Source of the DNA: Eledone cirrhosa | Lineage: Eukaryota | Assembly (NCBI GenBank): GCA_964016885.1 | Contig: OZ024759.1 | Location: forward strand, 4,154,001 to 4,218,000 | DNA: 64,000 nt | Direction of reading: 5' to 3' | In this document: positions 53,236 to 64,000 of the stretch, one piece after another | Numbering within the stretch: position 1 is the stretch's first letter | Layout of the letters: every line of letters begins with the position of its first letter | Program-made: the position numbers and the translations under genes | Notes under the pieces: generated by a model | Seen by the model: only the letters and a program-made list of their open reading frames with translations | What the model was told of the DNA's origin: nothing | Database searches by the model: none

Positions 53236-56200
53236 TATTAGAAATATGGTAATGAAAGGGTTAATGACATAGACAGTGTCTTTCATTAGAAATATGGTAA
53301 TGAAAGGGTTAATGACATAGACAGTGTCTTTCATTAGATATATGGTAATGAAGGGGTTAATGACATAGACAGTGTCTTTCATTAGATATATGGTAATGCA
53401 GGGGTTAATAACATAGGTAGTGTCTTTCATTAGATATATGGTAATGAAAGGGTTAATGACATAGACAGTGTCTTTTATTAGATATATGGTAATGAAGGGG
53501 TTAATGACATAGACAGTGTCTTTCATTAGATATATGGTTATGAAAGGGTTAATGACATAGGTAGTGTCTTTCATTAGAAATATGGTAATGAAAGGGTTAA
53601 TGACATAGACAGTGTCTTTCATTAGATATATGGTAATGAAGGGGTTAATGACATAGACGGTGTCTTTCATTAGATATATGGTAATGCAGGGGTTAATAAC
53701 ATAGGTAGTGTCTTTCATTAGATATATGGTAATGAAAGGGTTAATGACATAGACAGTGTCTTTTATTAGATATATGGTAATGAAGGGGTTAATGACATAG
53801 ACAGTGTCTTTCATTAGATATATGGTAATGAAAGGGTTAATGACATAGACAGTGTCTTTCATTAGATATATGGTAATGAAGGGGTTAATGACATAGACAG
53901 TGTCTTTCATTAGATATATGGTAATGCAGGGGTTAATAACATAGGTAGTGTCTTTCATTAGAAATATGGTAATGAAAGGGTTAATGACATAGACAGTGTC
54001 TTTCATTAGAAATATGATAATGAAAGGGTTAATGACATATAGTGTCTTTCATTAGAAATATGGTAATGAAAGGGTTAATGACATAGACAGTGTCTTTCAT
54101 TAGATATATGGTAATGCAGGGGTTAATAACATAGGTAGTGTCTTTCATTAGAAATATGGTAATGAAAGGGTTAATGACATAGACAGTGTCTTTCATTAGA
54201 AATATGATAATGAAAGGGTTAATGACATATAGTGTCTTTCATTAGAAATATGGTAATGAAAGGGTTAATGACATAGACAGTGTCTTTCATTAGATATATG
54301 GTAATGCAGGGGTTAATAACATAGGTAGTGTCTTTCATTAGATATATGGTAATGAAAGGGTTAATGACATAGACAGTGTCTTTTATTAGAAATATGATAA
54401 TGAAAGGGTTAATGACATATAGTGTCTTTCATTAGAAATATGGTAATGAAAGGGTTAATGACATAGACAGTGTCTTTCATTAGATATATGGTAATGAAGG
54501 GGTTAATGACATAGACAGTGTCTTTCATTAGATATATGGTAATGAAAGGGTTAATGACATAGACAGTGTCTTTCATTAGATATATGGTAATGAAGGGGTT
54601 AATGACATAGACAGTGTCTTTCATTAGATATATGGTAATGCAGGGGTTAATAACATAGGTAGTGTCTTTCATTAGAAATATGGTAATGAAAGGGTTAATG
54701 ACATAGGCAGTGTCTTTCATTAGAAATATGATAATGAAAGGGTTAATGACATATAGTGTCTTTCATTAGAAATATGGTAATGAAAGGGTTAATGACATAG
54801 ACAGTGTCTTTCATTAGATATATGGTAATGCAGGGGTTAATAACATAGGTAGTGTCTTTCATTAGATATATGGTAATGAAAGGGTTAATGACATAGACAG
54901 TGTCTTTTATTAGAAATATGGTAATGAAAGGGTTAATGATATAGACAGTGTCTTTCACTAGATATATGGTAATGAAGGGGTTAATGACATAGACAGTGTC
55001 TTTCATTAGAAATATGGTAATGAAAGGGTTAATGACATAGGTAGTGTCTTTAATTAGAAATATAGTAATGAAAGGGTTAATGACATAGACAGTGTCTTTT
55101 ATTAGAAATATGATAATGAAAGGGTTAATGATATAGACAGTGTCTTTCACTAGATATATGGTAATGAAGGGGTTAATGACATAGACAGTGTCTTTCATTA
55201 GAAATATGGTAATGAAAGGGTTAATGACATAGGTAGTGTCTTTAATTAGAAATATAGTAATGAAAGGGTTAATGACATAGACAGTGTCTTTCATTAGAAA
55301 TATGGTAAGGAAAGGGTTAATGACATAGGTAATGTCTTTAATTAGAAATATAGTAATGAAAGGGTTAATGACATAGACAGTGTCTTTCATTAGAAATATG
55401 GTAATGAAAGGGTTAATGACATAGACAGTGTCTTTCATTAGAAATATGGTAATGAAAGGGTTAATGACATAGGTAATGTCTTTAATTAGAAATATAGTAA
55501 TGAAAGGGTTAATGACATAGACAGTGTCTTTCATTAGAAATATGGTAAGGAAAGAGTTAATGACATAGACAGTGTCTTTCATTAGATATATGGTAATGAA
55601 AGGGTTAATGACATAGACAGTGTCTTTCATTAGAAATATGGTAATGAAAGGGTTAATGACATAGACAGTGTCTTTCATTAGAAATATGGTAATGAAAGTG
55701 TTAATGACATATACAGTGTCTTTCATTAGAAATATGGTAATGAAAGGGTTAATGACATAGACAGTGTCTTTCATTAGAAATATGGTAATGAAAGGGTTAA
55801 TGACATAGACAGTGTCTTTCATTAGAAATATGGTAATGAAAGGGTTAATGACATAGGTAATGTCTTTAATTAGAAATATAGTAATGAAAGGGTTAATGAC
55901 ATAGACAGTGTCTTTCATTAGAAATATGGTAAGGAAAGAGTTAATGACAGACAGTGTCTTTCATTAGATATATGGTAATGAAAGGGTTAATGACATAGAC
56001 AGTGTCTTTCATTAGAAATATGGTAATGAAAGGGTTAATGACATAGACAGTGTCTTTCATTAGAAATATGGTAATGAAAGGGTTAATGACATATACAGTG
56101 TCTTTCATTAGAAATATGGTAATGAAAGGGTTAATGACATAGACAGTGTCTTTTATTAGAAATATGGTAATGAAAGGGTTAATGATATAGACAGTGTCTT

Positions 56201-57860
56201 TCACTAGATATATGGTAATGAAGGGGTTAATGACATAGACAGTGTCTTTCATTAGAAATATGGTAATGAAAGGGTTAATGACATAGGTAGTGTCTTTAAT
56301 TAGAAATATAGTAATGAAAGGGTTAATGACATAGACAGTGTCTTTTATTAGAAATATGATAATGAAAGGGTTAATGATATAGACAGTGTCTTTCACTAGA
56401 TATATGGTAATGAAGGGGTTAATGACATAGACAGTGTCTTTCATTAGAAATATGGTAATGAAAGGGTTAATGACATAGGTAGTGTCTTTAATTAGAAATA
56501 TAGTAATGAAAGGGTTAATGACATAGACAGTGTCTTTCATTAGAAATATGGTAAGGAAAGGGTTAATGACATAGACAGTGTCTTTCATTAGAAATATGGT
56601 AATGAAAGGGTTAATGACATAGGTAATGTCTTTAATTAGAAATATAGTAATGAAAGGGTTAATGACATAGACAGTGTCTTTCATTAGAAATATGGTAATG
56701 AAAGGGTTAATGACATAGACAGTGTCTTTCATTAGAAATATGGTAATGAAAGGGTTAATGACATAGACAGTGTCTTTCATTAGAAATATGGTAATGAAAG
56801 GGTTAATGACATAGACAGTGTCTTTCATTAGAAATATGGTAATGAAAGTGTTAATGACATATACAGTGTCTTTCATTAGAAATATGGTAATGAAAGGGTT
56901 AATGACATAGACAGTGTCTTTCATTAGAAATATGGTAATGAAAGGGTTAATGACATAGACAGTGTCTTTCATTAGAAATATGGTAATGAAAGGGTTAATG
57001 ACATAGGTAATGTCTTTAATTAGAAATATAGTAATGAAAGGGTTAATGACATAGACAGTGTCTTTCATTAGAAATATGGTAAGGAAAGAGTTAATGACAG
57101 ACAGTGTCTTTCATTAGATATATGGTAATGAAAGGGTTAATGACATAGACAGTGTCTTTCATTAGAAATATGGTAATGAAAGGGTTAATGACATAGACAG
57201 TGTCTTTCATTAGAAATATGGTAATGAAAGGGTTAATGACATATACAGTGTCTTTCATTAGAAATATGGTAATGAAAGGGTTAATGACATAGACAGTGTC
57301 TTTCATTAGAAATATGGTAATGAAAGGGTTAATGACATAGACTGTGTCTTTCTTTAGAAATATGGTAATGAAAGGGTTAATGACATATACAGTGTCTTTC
57401 ATTAGAAATATGGTAATGAAAGGGTTAATGACATAGACAGTGTCTTTCATTAGAAATATGGTAATGAAAGGGTTAATGACATATACAGTGTCTTTCACTA
57501 GAAATATGATAATTGTTTCTACTTTTGGCACAAGGCCTGCAATTACCCAGTCTATTACTGGTACTTTATTTTATCGACCCCATAAGGATGAAAGGCAAAG
57601 TTAACCTCGGCGGGATTTGAACTCAGAATGGCAAGGGCCGTAACTCTATGCGTCAAAGCATGGCGTCCGACCCTCTACCGATACTGCCAATCCAATTAGA
57701 TATATGATAATGAAAGGGTTAATGACATAGACAGTGTCTTTCATTAGAAATATGGTAATGAAAGGGTTAATGACATAGACAGTGTCTTTCATTAGAAATA
57801 TGGTAATGAAAGGGTTAATGACATATACTGTGTCTTTCATTAGAAATATGGTAGTAGGAA
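53236..57860. repeat. 48-bp satellite, ~90 copies; smaller arrays at ~49445-49860 and ~50217-50745
   Basis: tagaaatatggtaatgaaagggttaatgacatagacagtgtctttcat; interrupted by a SINE at ~57510-57695. Confidence 0.96.
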
Positions 57861-58130
57861 GTTTAATTACTATACTGACAGTTGCTACCTTCATAACCAG
57901 CAGCACATCCTCCACTAGAACATACACCTGTCTCTATGTTACACCTGATGTTGTTTTGTTTCAATATATTAAGCTACAGACTAAGCTATACTACACAACA
58001 CACTTCATTGGAACACACACCTGTCTCTGTGTTACATCTCGCTGTTTGTTACACGTCTCTGTATGTTACACCTGCTGTTGTCTTGACCCACTATATTAAG
58101 TTATAAACAAAGCTATACTACACCACTTAC

Positions 58131-58268
58131 CTGTCTGACAGTTGCTACCTTCATAACCAGCAGTACATCCTCCACTAGAACACACACCTGTCTGTTTGTT
58201 ACATTTACTGTTGTCAACACAGTGACATGTGTTGCCACAGTTGGCTCCAAATATACCATTTCTACAGA
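58131..58268 (-). CDS. EGF-like exon, 138 nt
   Basis: CRNGIFGANCGNTCHCVDNSKCNKQTGVCSSGGCTAGYEGSNCQT; ccacag acceptor, gtaagt donor. Confidence 0.87.
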
Positions 58269-58959
58269 CTGTGGAAATAAAAATATGAGAACAATGACAA
58301 CAACAACAACATATAACACTATACAAGATAATCATCATCTTCATCCATTTAATGTCCATTTTCTATGCTAGCATGGGTTAGATATACTGTCCCATTGTGA
58401 GAAAAGTTGGGTCAGATGGCCATGTCTTGCTTATGCAGAACTGATTTGGGATTGGTTTTGATGGCTGGATGCCCTTCCAAATGCCAACCACTTTACAGTG
58501 TGGACTGGGCACTTTTTGTTGTGTCACCAACTTGACCACTTTACAATGAGAGCTGAGCACTTTTTGTTGTGGCATTATCACAACCATTTTACAGTGTGTG
58601 CTGGGCACTTTTTGTTGTGGCACTATCACAAGCACTTTATAGTGTGGGCTGGGCATTTTTGTTGTGGCACTATCACAACCACTTTACAATGAGGGCTGGG
58701 CACATTTTGTGTCACCAACATGACCACTTTACAGTGTGGGCTGGGCATTTTCGTTGTGGCACTATCGCAACCACTTTACAGTGTGGACTGGGGACTTGAG
58801 TGGGGCAGTTGCATGGGGATTGAGGAGGTAGATTTAGGGGCATGGGTGAGGGGTGGGGATTTAGTAGCTCACTGACCTTTCTTCAACCCATTCTCACACT
58901 GGCTACTGTGCTTTCAGAACACCTTCATCCACTGCAAGTAACAGAAACTATGTACCACT

Positions 58960-59152
58960 TCTTCATAACCAGCACCACACCCTCTACTGTAACACACCTG
59001 TCTTACAGTTGCTATCTTCATAACCATCACCACACACTTCACTGGAACACACACCTGTCTCTGTGTTACATCTAGCTGTTTGTTACACCTGCTGTTGTTA
59101 GTACAGTGACATGTGTGTTTACAGTTAGGTCCAAATTTACCTGCTTTACACC
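58960..59152 (-). pseudogene. Degenerate EGF-like exon copy
   Basis: Acceptor ttttcag|GG, then CKAGKFGPNCKHTCHCTNNSRCNKQ, a 17-nt frameshifting duplication and a partly duplicated 3' half; no canonical donor at the expected position. Confidence 0.7.
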
Positions 59153-59315
59153 CTGAAAATAAAAATATGGAATGTTCTGCATGAGCATGTGGTCGAAGGA
59201 CAGCTCCTTGCTCCGATAAATCATGTCACTTCTAACACATGTAGCATACATGTTTCCCTTCCATGTAATAACCCAATATATTAAGTTAGAAACAAAGCTA
59301 TACTACACCACTTAC

Positions 59316-59452
59316 CTGTCTGACAGTTGCTACCTTCATAACCAGCAGCACATCCTCCACTAGAACACACACCTGTCTCTTTGTTACACCTGCTGTTATC
59401 AGCACAGTGACATGTGTATTTACAGTTGGGTCCAAATTTACCTGTTTACAGA
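59316..59452 (-). pseudogene. EGF-like exon copy, 137 nt (1-nt deletion in an A run, frameshift)
   Basis: Splice sites intact, but TGT AAA CAG GTA instead of TGT AAA ACA GGT. The deletion is in a homopolymer, so it may be a sequencing error. Confidence 0.65.
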
Positions 59453-59544
59453 CTGTGGGTATAAAATATGAGAACAATGACAATTACAGCAACATATAAC
59501 ACTATACAAGATAATAAATATCATAATTATATCATCTATATATA

Positions 59545-59880
59545 TGGTGGCACATGGCTTAATGGTTAGAGCATTGGCCTTGCAATTGAAAGGTTGTGAG
59601 TTCAATTCTCAGACCGGGTGATGTGTTGTTTCCTTGAGCAAGACACTTTATTTCACATTGCTCCAGTTTACTCAGCTGTAGAAATGAGATGATAGGGACT
59701 GGGGTCCCTATCATTCCACTGTAAAGTGGTCGTGGAGGTGCCATGGCAAAAAAGCACCCACTACTCACTGTAAATAAGGTTGGTGTTAGGAAGGACATCC
59801 AGCTGTAGAAATCAAGCCAGAATCAGTTTCCGTCCCACCCTTGCAAGCAGGGAAAAGCGAACGTAAAATGATGATGAGTC
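59545..59880 (+). mobile_element. tRNA-derived SINE with CORE-like domain and RTE-derived tail; other copies ~4068-4405(-), 48520-48850(+), 60640-60972(-); shared head and core also at 4460-4738(-), 22435-26040(-)
   Basis: A box TGGCTTAATGGTTAG, B box GAGTTCAATTC, core TCCTTGAGCAAGACACTTTA; tail matches the RTE 3' UTR. Confidence 0.82.
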
Positions 59881-60128
59881 TAACCCATGCTGGTGTGGAA
59901 GATGTACGTTATACGAAGATGATGATGATATAGTGTTGTCATCTATCATCTATACTATATCTCTACAACCTATATGATATCTATATCCTATATATTATAT
60001 CTATATCATCTGTATTATATCTATATCATCATAACCAGCATCACACCTGTCTCTGTCTGTTTTTTTACACCTGCTGTTGTTTTGTTTCATATATCAAGTT
60101 AGAAACAAATCTGTACTACAGTACTTAC

Positions 60129-60266
60129 CTGTTTGACAGTTGCTACCTTCATAACCAGCAGCACATCCTCCACCTGAACACACACCTGTCTCTTTGTTAC
60201 ACCTGCTGTTATCTGCGCAGTGACATGTGTATTTACAGTTGGCTCCAAATTTACCTGTTTTACAGA
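60129..60266 (-). CDS. EGF-like exon, 138 nt
   Basis: ttttcag|TC, encodes CKTGKFGANCKYTCHCADNSRCNKETGVCSGGGCAAGYEGSNCQT, donor gtaagt. Confidence 0.88.
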
Positions 60267-60482
60267 CTGAAAATAAAAATATGGAAGTCTAAATATATTT
60301 AATAATTCACATTAATTTCTGATATTTTCATATTTTACATGGTAGACATTATTTGAATTTTGAAAATGTGAGACCAGAGAAATTGCTTCATGTGACACTG
60401 TAAGAAAACATTAAAGAAAACATTAAAAAAATGAAATGTATATCTTCTTCTTTATCATTAAGAATGTCAGCAGCAGCAGCAC

Positions 60483-60514
<32 letters not shown>

Positions 60515-61050
60515 CAGAGAGAGAGAGAGAGAGAGAAGAGAGAGAGTAGTTAATAATAAATACAAAGACCAAAATCTAGAGAGGGCTCAATAAGATAAGA
60601 GTTTTATGTATATGTATATATATACATATATATGTATCATCATCATCATCATCATCATTTTACGTCCACTTTTCCCTGGTTGCGAGGGTGGGACGGAAAC
60701 TGATTCTGGCTTGATTTCTACAGCTGGATGCCCTTCCTACCACCAACCTTATTTACAGTGAGTGCTGGGTGCTTTTTTGCTGTGGCACCTCCACGACCAC
60801 TTTGCAGTGGAATGATAGGGACCGCAATCCCTATCATCTCATTTCTACAGCTGAGTAAACTGGAGCAATGTGAAATAAAGTGTCTTGCTCAAGGAAACAA
60901 CACATCACCCGGTTTGAGAATTGAACTCACAACCTTTCGATTGCAAGGCCAATGCTCTAACCACTAAGCCATAGAGAGAGAGAGAAGTGAGAGAGTAGTT
61001 AATAATAAATAGAAACACCAAAATCTGGAGAGGGCTCAATAAGATAAGAG

Positions 61051-61099
<49 letters not shown>

Positions 61100-61102
<3 letters not shown>

Positions 61103-62974
61103 TCAATACATAAACAGAGAAAGCCTTAAGCGATACTCTGACCAACACCATCTCACTCAACAAACATTAGGATATACCTAAGTATTATCCCAATTTAGTG
61201 TTTGGGGTGCTAACTAATCAGTATTTCGTGGATAGCTGGTTGTATTATTTTATATGAGACATTATTAAATAAATATCTCTTTCCCTCCAGACGGCCGTTT
61301 CATTATAAGATTTCTACAATTTGGAATAAATAATTTCCAGGTTATGTAGAAACTTGTATATAATCCATAGTTTTATACACAAGTGGGCTCTTATAAACTC
61401 ATCAGTGGATGCCCAAATAATATCGATATAAGAATTATATCGACATTAATAGATTAGTGATGGTCTCCCTCAACGCTAAGAAGAGACTGGTAGTTCAGAA
61501 AATCCAGCAGTCCTCTCAAAGATAAAATACACGCTGTACCCAAAAGGGTAAAGGGAGGTCATCTTAAAATAAACCAATATACACGCTGGTCATTTAAACC
61601 TGTTAGGTATTAACCACATGTATAAGAACTCAATTGGATAGTAAAAGAATAACTATATGTATACACAACCAATGCACACATAGAGATAACACATAATAAA
61701 TACATGTATGGATCCCCCATATACACACACAGCCACTCTCTAAGGCTAAATCAGACATGGGATACAAGGAAGATCAATCAGTATTTCATATAAAAAATAA
61801 TAATAATAAAGTGCAGGGTGATAAAAATTAACGGTAGCCACGGAGCAGGCAGACTCAGAAAAACCTGGGATGACTTGATAAATTCCGACCTCACACCTCT
61901 CCAAGACAATGTCACTGGACCGAGATCTTTGGCGCCACACAGAAGACCCGCCTTGCCTAAGTACAAAGCGAAACCTACAGTCAGTAGGCACCTCTAACAA
62001 AATACACCCCTGTCCCACTACCCCACCCCATCCACACCACCCCCTTAAATGTGAAGTTATGTTGGTACCACAACATCCAGTCCGAAACAAATGAGGTTGT
62101 GTAGGTGTCACAACAGAAAAAACACACAGTCCACGCTGTAATGTGGCCGTGTAGGTAACACGGTAAAAACCTCCCAGTCCACACTGTAAACGTGGTTGGT
62201 GTTAGGAAGGGCATCCAGCCATAGAAAACTTGCCAGTCAGTCCTATACGAGCAGGACAACGAATATTGCCTCAAGTGGGAAAACTCCCGTCCAAACCCAT
62301 GCAAGCGTGGAAGATGGACGTTAAACGATGATAATGATGATGATGATGATGATGAAAGAGAGTCATACCTTATATCTGGAAATCATATCTGGCCACCAAG
62401 AGTATATATTCAATACATAAACAGAGAAAGCCTTAAGCGATACTCTGACCAACTCCATCTCACTCAACAAACATTAGGATATACCTAAGTATTTTCCTAA
62501 TTTAGTGTTTGGGGTGCTAACTAATCAGTATTTCGTGGATAGCTGGTTGTATTATTTTATATGAGACATTATTAACTAAATATCTCTTTCCTTCCAGACG
62601 GCCGTTTCCTTATAAGATTTCTACAATTCGGGATAAATAATTTCCAGGTTATGTAGAAACTTGTATATAATCCATAGTTTTATACACAAGCGGGCTCTTA
62701 TAAACTCATCAGTGGATGTCCAAATAATATCGATATAAGAATTATATCGACATTAATAGATTAGTGATGGTCTCCCTCAGCGCTAAGAAGATCCAGCGCT
62801 TAGAAAATCCAGCAGTCCTCTCAAAGATAAAATACACGCTGTCCCCAAGAGGGTAAGGGGAGGTCATCTTAAAATAAAACAATATACACGCTGGTCATTT
62901 AAACCTGTTAGCTATTAACCACGTGTATAAGAACTCAATTGGATATTAAAAGAATAACTATATGTATACACAAT

Positions 62975-62975
<1 letters not shown>
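61100..62975. repeat. Two ~570-bp direct repeats (~61100-61675 and ~62408-62975); a diverged inverted copy at 1-430
   Basis: caatacataaacagagaaagccttaagcgatactctgacc...aagaataactatatgtatacacaa occurs twice. Confidence 0.85.
61830..62355 (+). mobile_element. RTE LINE 3' fragment
   Basis: GAGRLRKTWDDLINSDL..DRDLWR plus a 3' UTR like 10930-11232; (TGA)n tail. Confidence 0.78.
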
Positions 62976-63036
<61 letters not shown>

Positions 63037-63258
63037 CAAATATTTCAAATATTTCAGATCAGTGGTTGGCGTTGGGAAGGGCATCCAGCCGTAAAAAAAC
63101 AGTCAGAAACTCTCGTATATGAGCGAGACATGGTCACTTGACCCAACATGCCTCTAAATGGGACAACCCTGTCTAACCCATGCTAGCATGGAAGATAGAC
63201 GTTAATTGATGATGATGATGATACATACATATATATATAGCTACATTACACCACTTAC

Positions 63259-63396
63259 CTGTCTGACAGTTGCTACCTTCATAACCAGCAGTACACCCTC
63301 CACTGTAACACACACCTGTCTCTGTGTTACATTTGCTGTTGTCTGCACAGTGACAATTTCTACTACAGCTGGGACCAAACTTTCCTACAGGACACA
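63259..63396 (-). CDS. EGF-like exon, 138 nt
   Basis: ttctatag|TG TGT CCT..., encodes CPVGKFGPSCSRNCHCADNSKCNTETGVCYSGGCTAGYEGSNCQT, donor G|gtaagt. Confidence 0.88.
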
Positions 63397-63490
63397 CTAT
63401 AGAAAATATTTAAAATTCACTTCTAATATTCACTCACTTTTTTCAGGTAACATGTTTGATGTTTGTAAAACCTATGAAGACCTGCACTAT

Positions 63491-63532
<42 letters not shown>

Positions 63533-63745
63533 TATACATATATATATATACACATATATATACATATATATATATATACACATATATATATACATATATA
63601 CTGAAGTAAAAGTTAAGTGGAAATATCCAAGAGTAAGAGCACTCAGTCCATAGGACGAGTTTAGTATAAATAATTACAACAGTGACATAAACAGGTACTC
63701 AAGTTTGAATGGGTTCTGGGCCCCAATTTCTTCAGCCTGTCATGA

Positions 63746-63820
63746 GATGTTTTCCATTTTCCTCATGACAGGCTGAAGAAATTTGGGGCCGAGAACCCAA
63801 CGAAACTTGAGTACCTGTTT
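63746..63820 (+). ncRNA. Minimal type I hammerhead ribozyme-like motif
   Basis: acagg-CTGAAGA-(ttggg...cccaa)-cGAAAC-ttga-GTA-cctgt; stem I ACAGG/CCTGT; a degenerate inverted twin at ~63690-63745. Confidence 0.6.
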
Positions 63821-64000
63821 ATGTCACTGTTGTAATTATTTATATCTATATACATATATATATATATATATATATTCAAAATTAATTAAATTAAATTAAA
63901 TTAGATTAAGGGAGTCATGTCCAAGACATGCGCCATATCCACCGTAGAATAAGCTCAAAGATTTCAATGAATAGATCCGAGCATTTTATATCAACTAGAA

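Larger units (their letters stand above)
5935..63396 (-). other. Partial multi-exon gene encoding a long tandem EGF-like (MEGF10/11/Draper/CED-1-type) ectodomain; 5' and 3' ends lie outside the window
   Basis: 17 exons of exactly 138 nt, phase 1-1 with AG/GT ends, each translating to the C-x8-C-x3-C-x-C-x5-C-x6-C-x4-C-x8-C module (two have one Cys substituted). No start, signal peptide, TM segment or stop exon was recognised. Confidence 0.9.

Noticed and set aside
53230-57531. Hydrophobic repeat ORFs (MKDTVYVINPFITIFL)n
   Set aside because: 48-bp satellite with recurrent 2-nt deletions that break the frame
21472-57860. Selection for array units that are multiples of 3 (45, 48, 51, 54, 60)
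   Set aside because: More arrays are not multiples of 3 (13, 16, 20, 31, 34, 38, 61), so the pattern is compatible with chance
59545-59620. tRNA gene
   Set aside because: A/B boxes are the head of a SINE that continues into core and LINE-derived tail; no complete cloverleaf seen
5935-63396. Assigning the symbol MEGF10/MEGF11
   Set aside because: Only repeat modules are visible; the same module occurs in several mollusc receptor families, so orthology cannot be established

Overview
AT-rich, repeat-dense eukaryotic DNA. The SINE/LINE complement and microsatellite load suggest a cephalopod (Octopus-like) genome; this is inference. The whole window lies inside one minus-strand gene whose ends are not visible. 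I read 17 intact 138-nt exons, all phase 1-1 with AG/GT boundaries. Each encodes one 46-aa, nominally 8-Cys EGF/laminin-EGF-like module of the MEGF10/11-Draper-CED-1/SREC type. At least 5 further copies are defective (137 nt x2, 120 nt, one with an insertion, one expanded into a minisatellite). Most exons at 28-63 kb are near-identical and share flanking intron sequence, which points to recent duplication; most exons at 5-27 kb are diverged. The introns hold two RTE-clade LINEs, two tRNA-derived SINE families, hAT, piggyBac-like and Tc1/mariner remnants, and inverted repeats carrying minimal hammerhead-ribozyme motifs. They also hold more than 10 tandem arrays, several with a traceable seed: the EGF exon 3' half (54-bp x ~220; 38-bp x ~39), a SINE core (45-bp x 74) and an RTE RT fragment (60-bp x ~16). 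All long repetitive ORFs in the track are by-products of these arrays.
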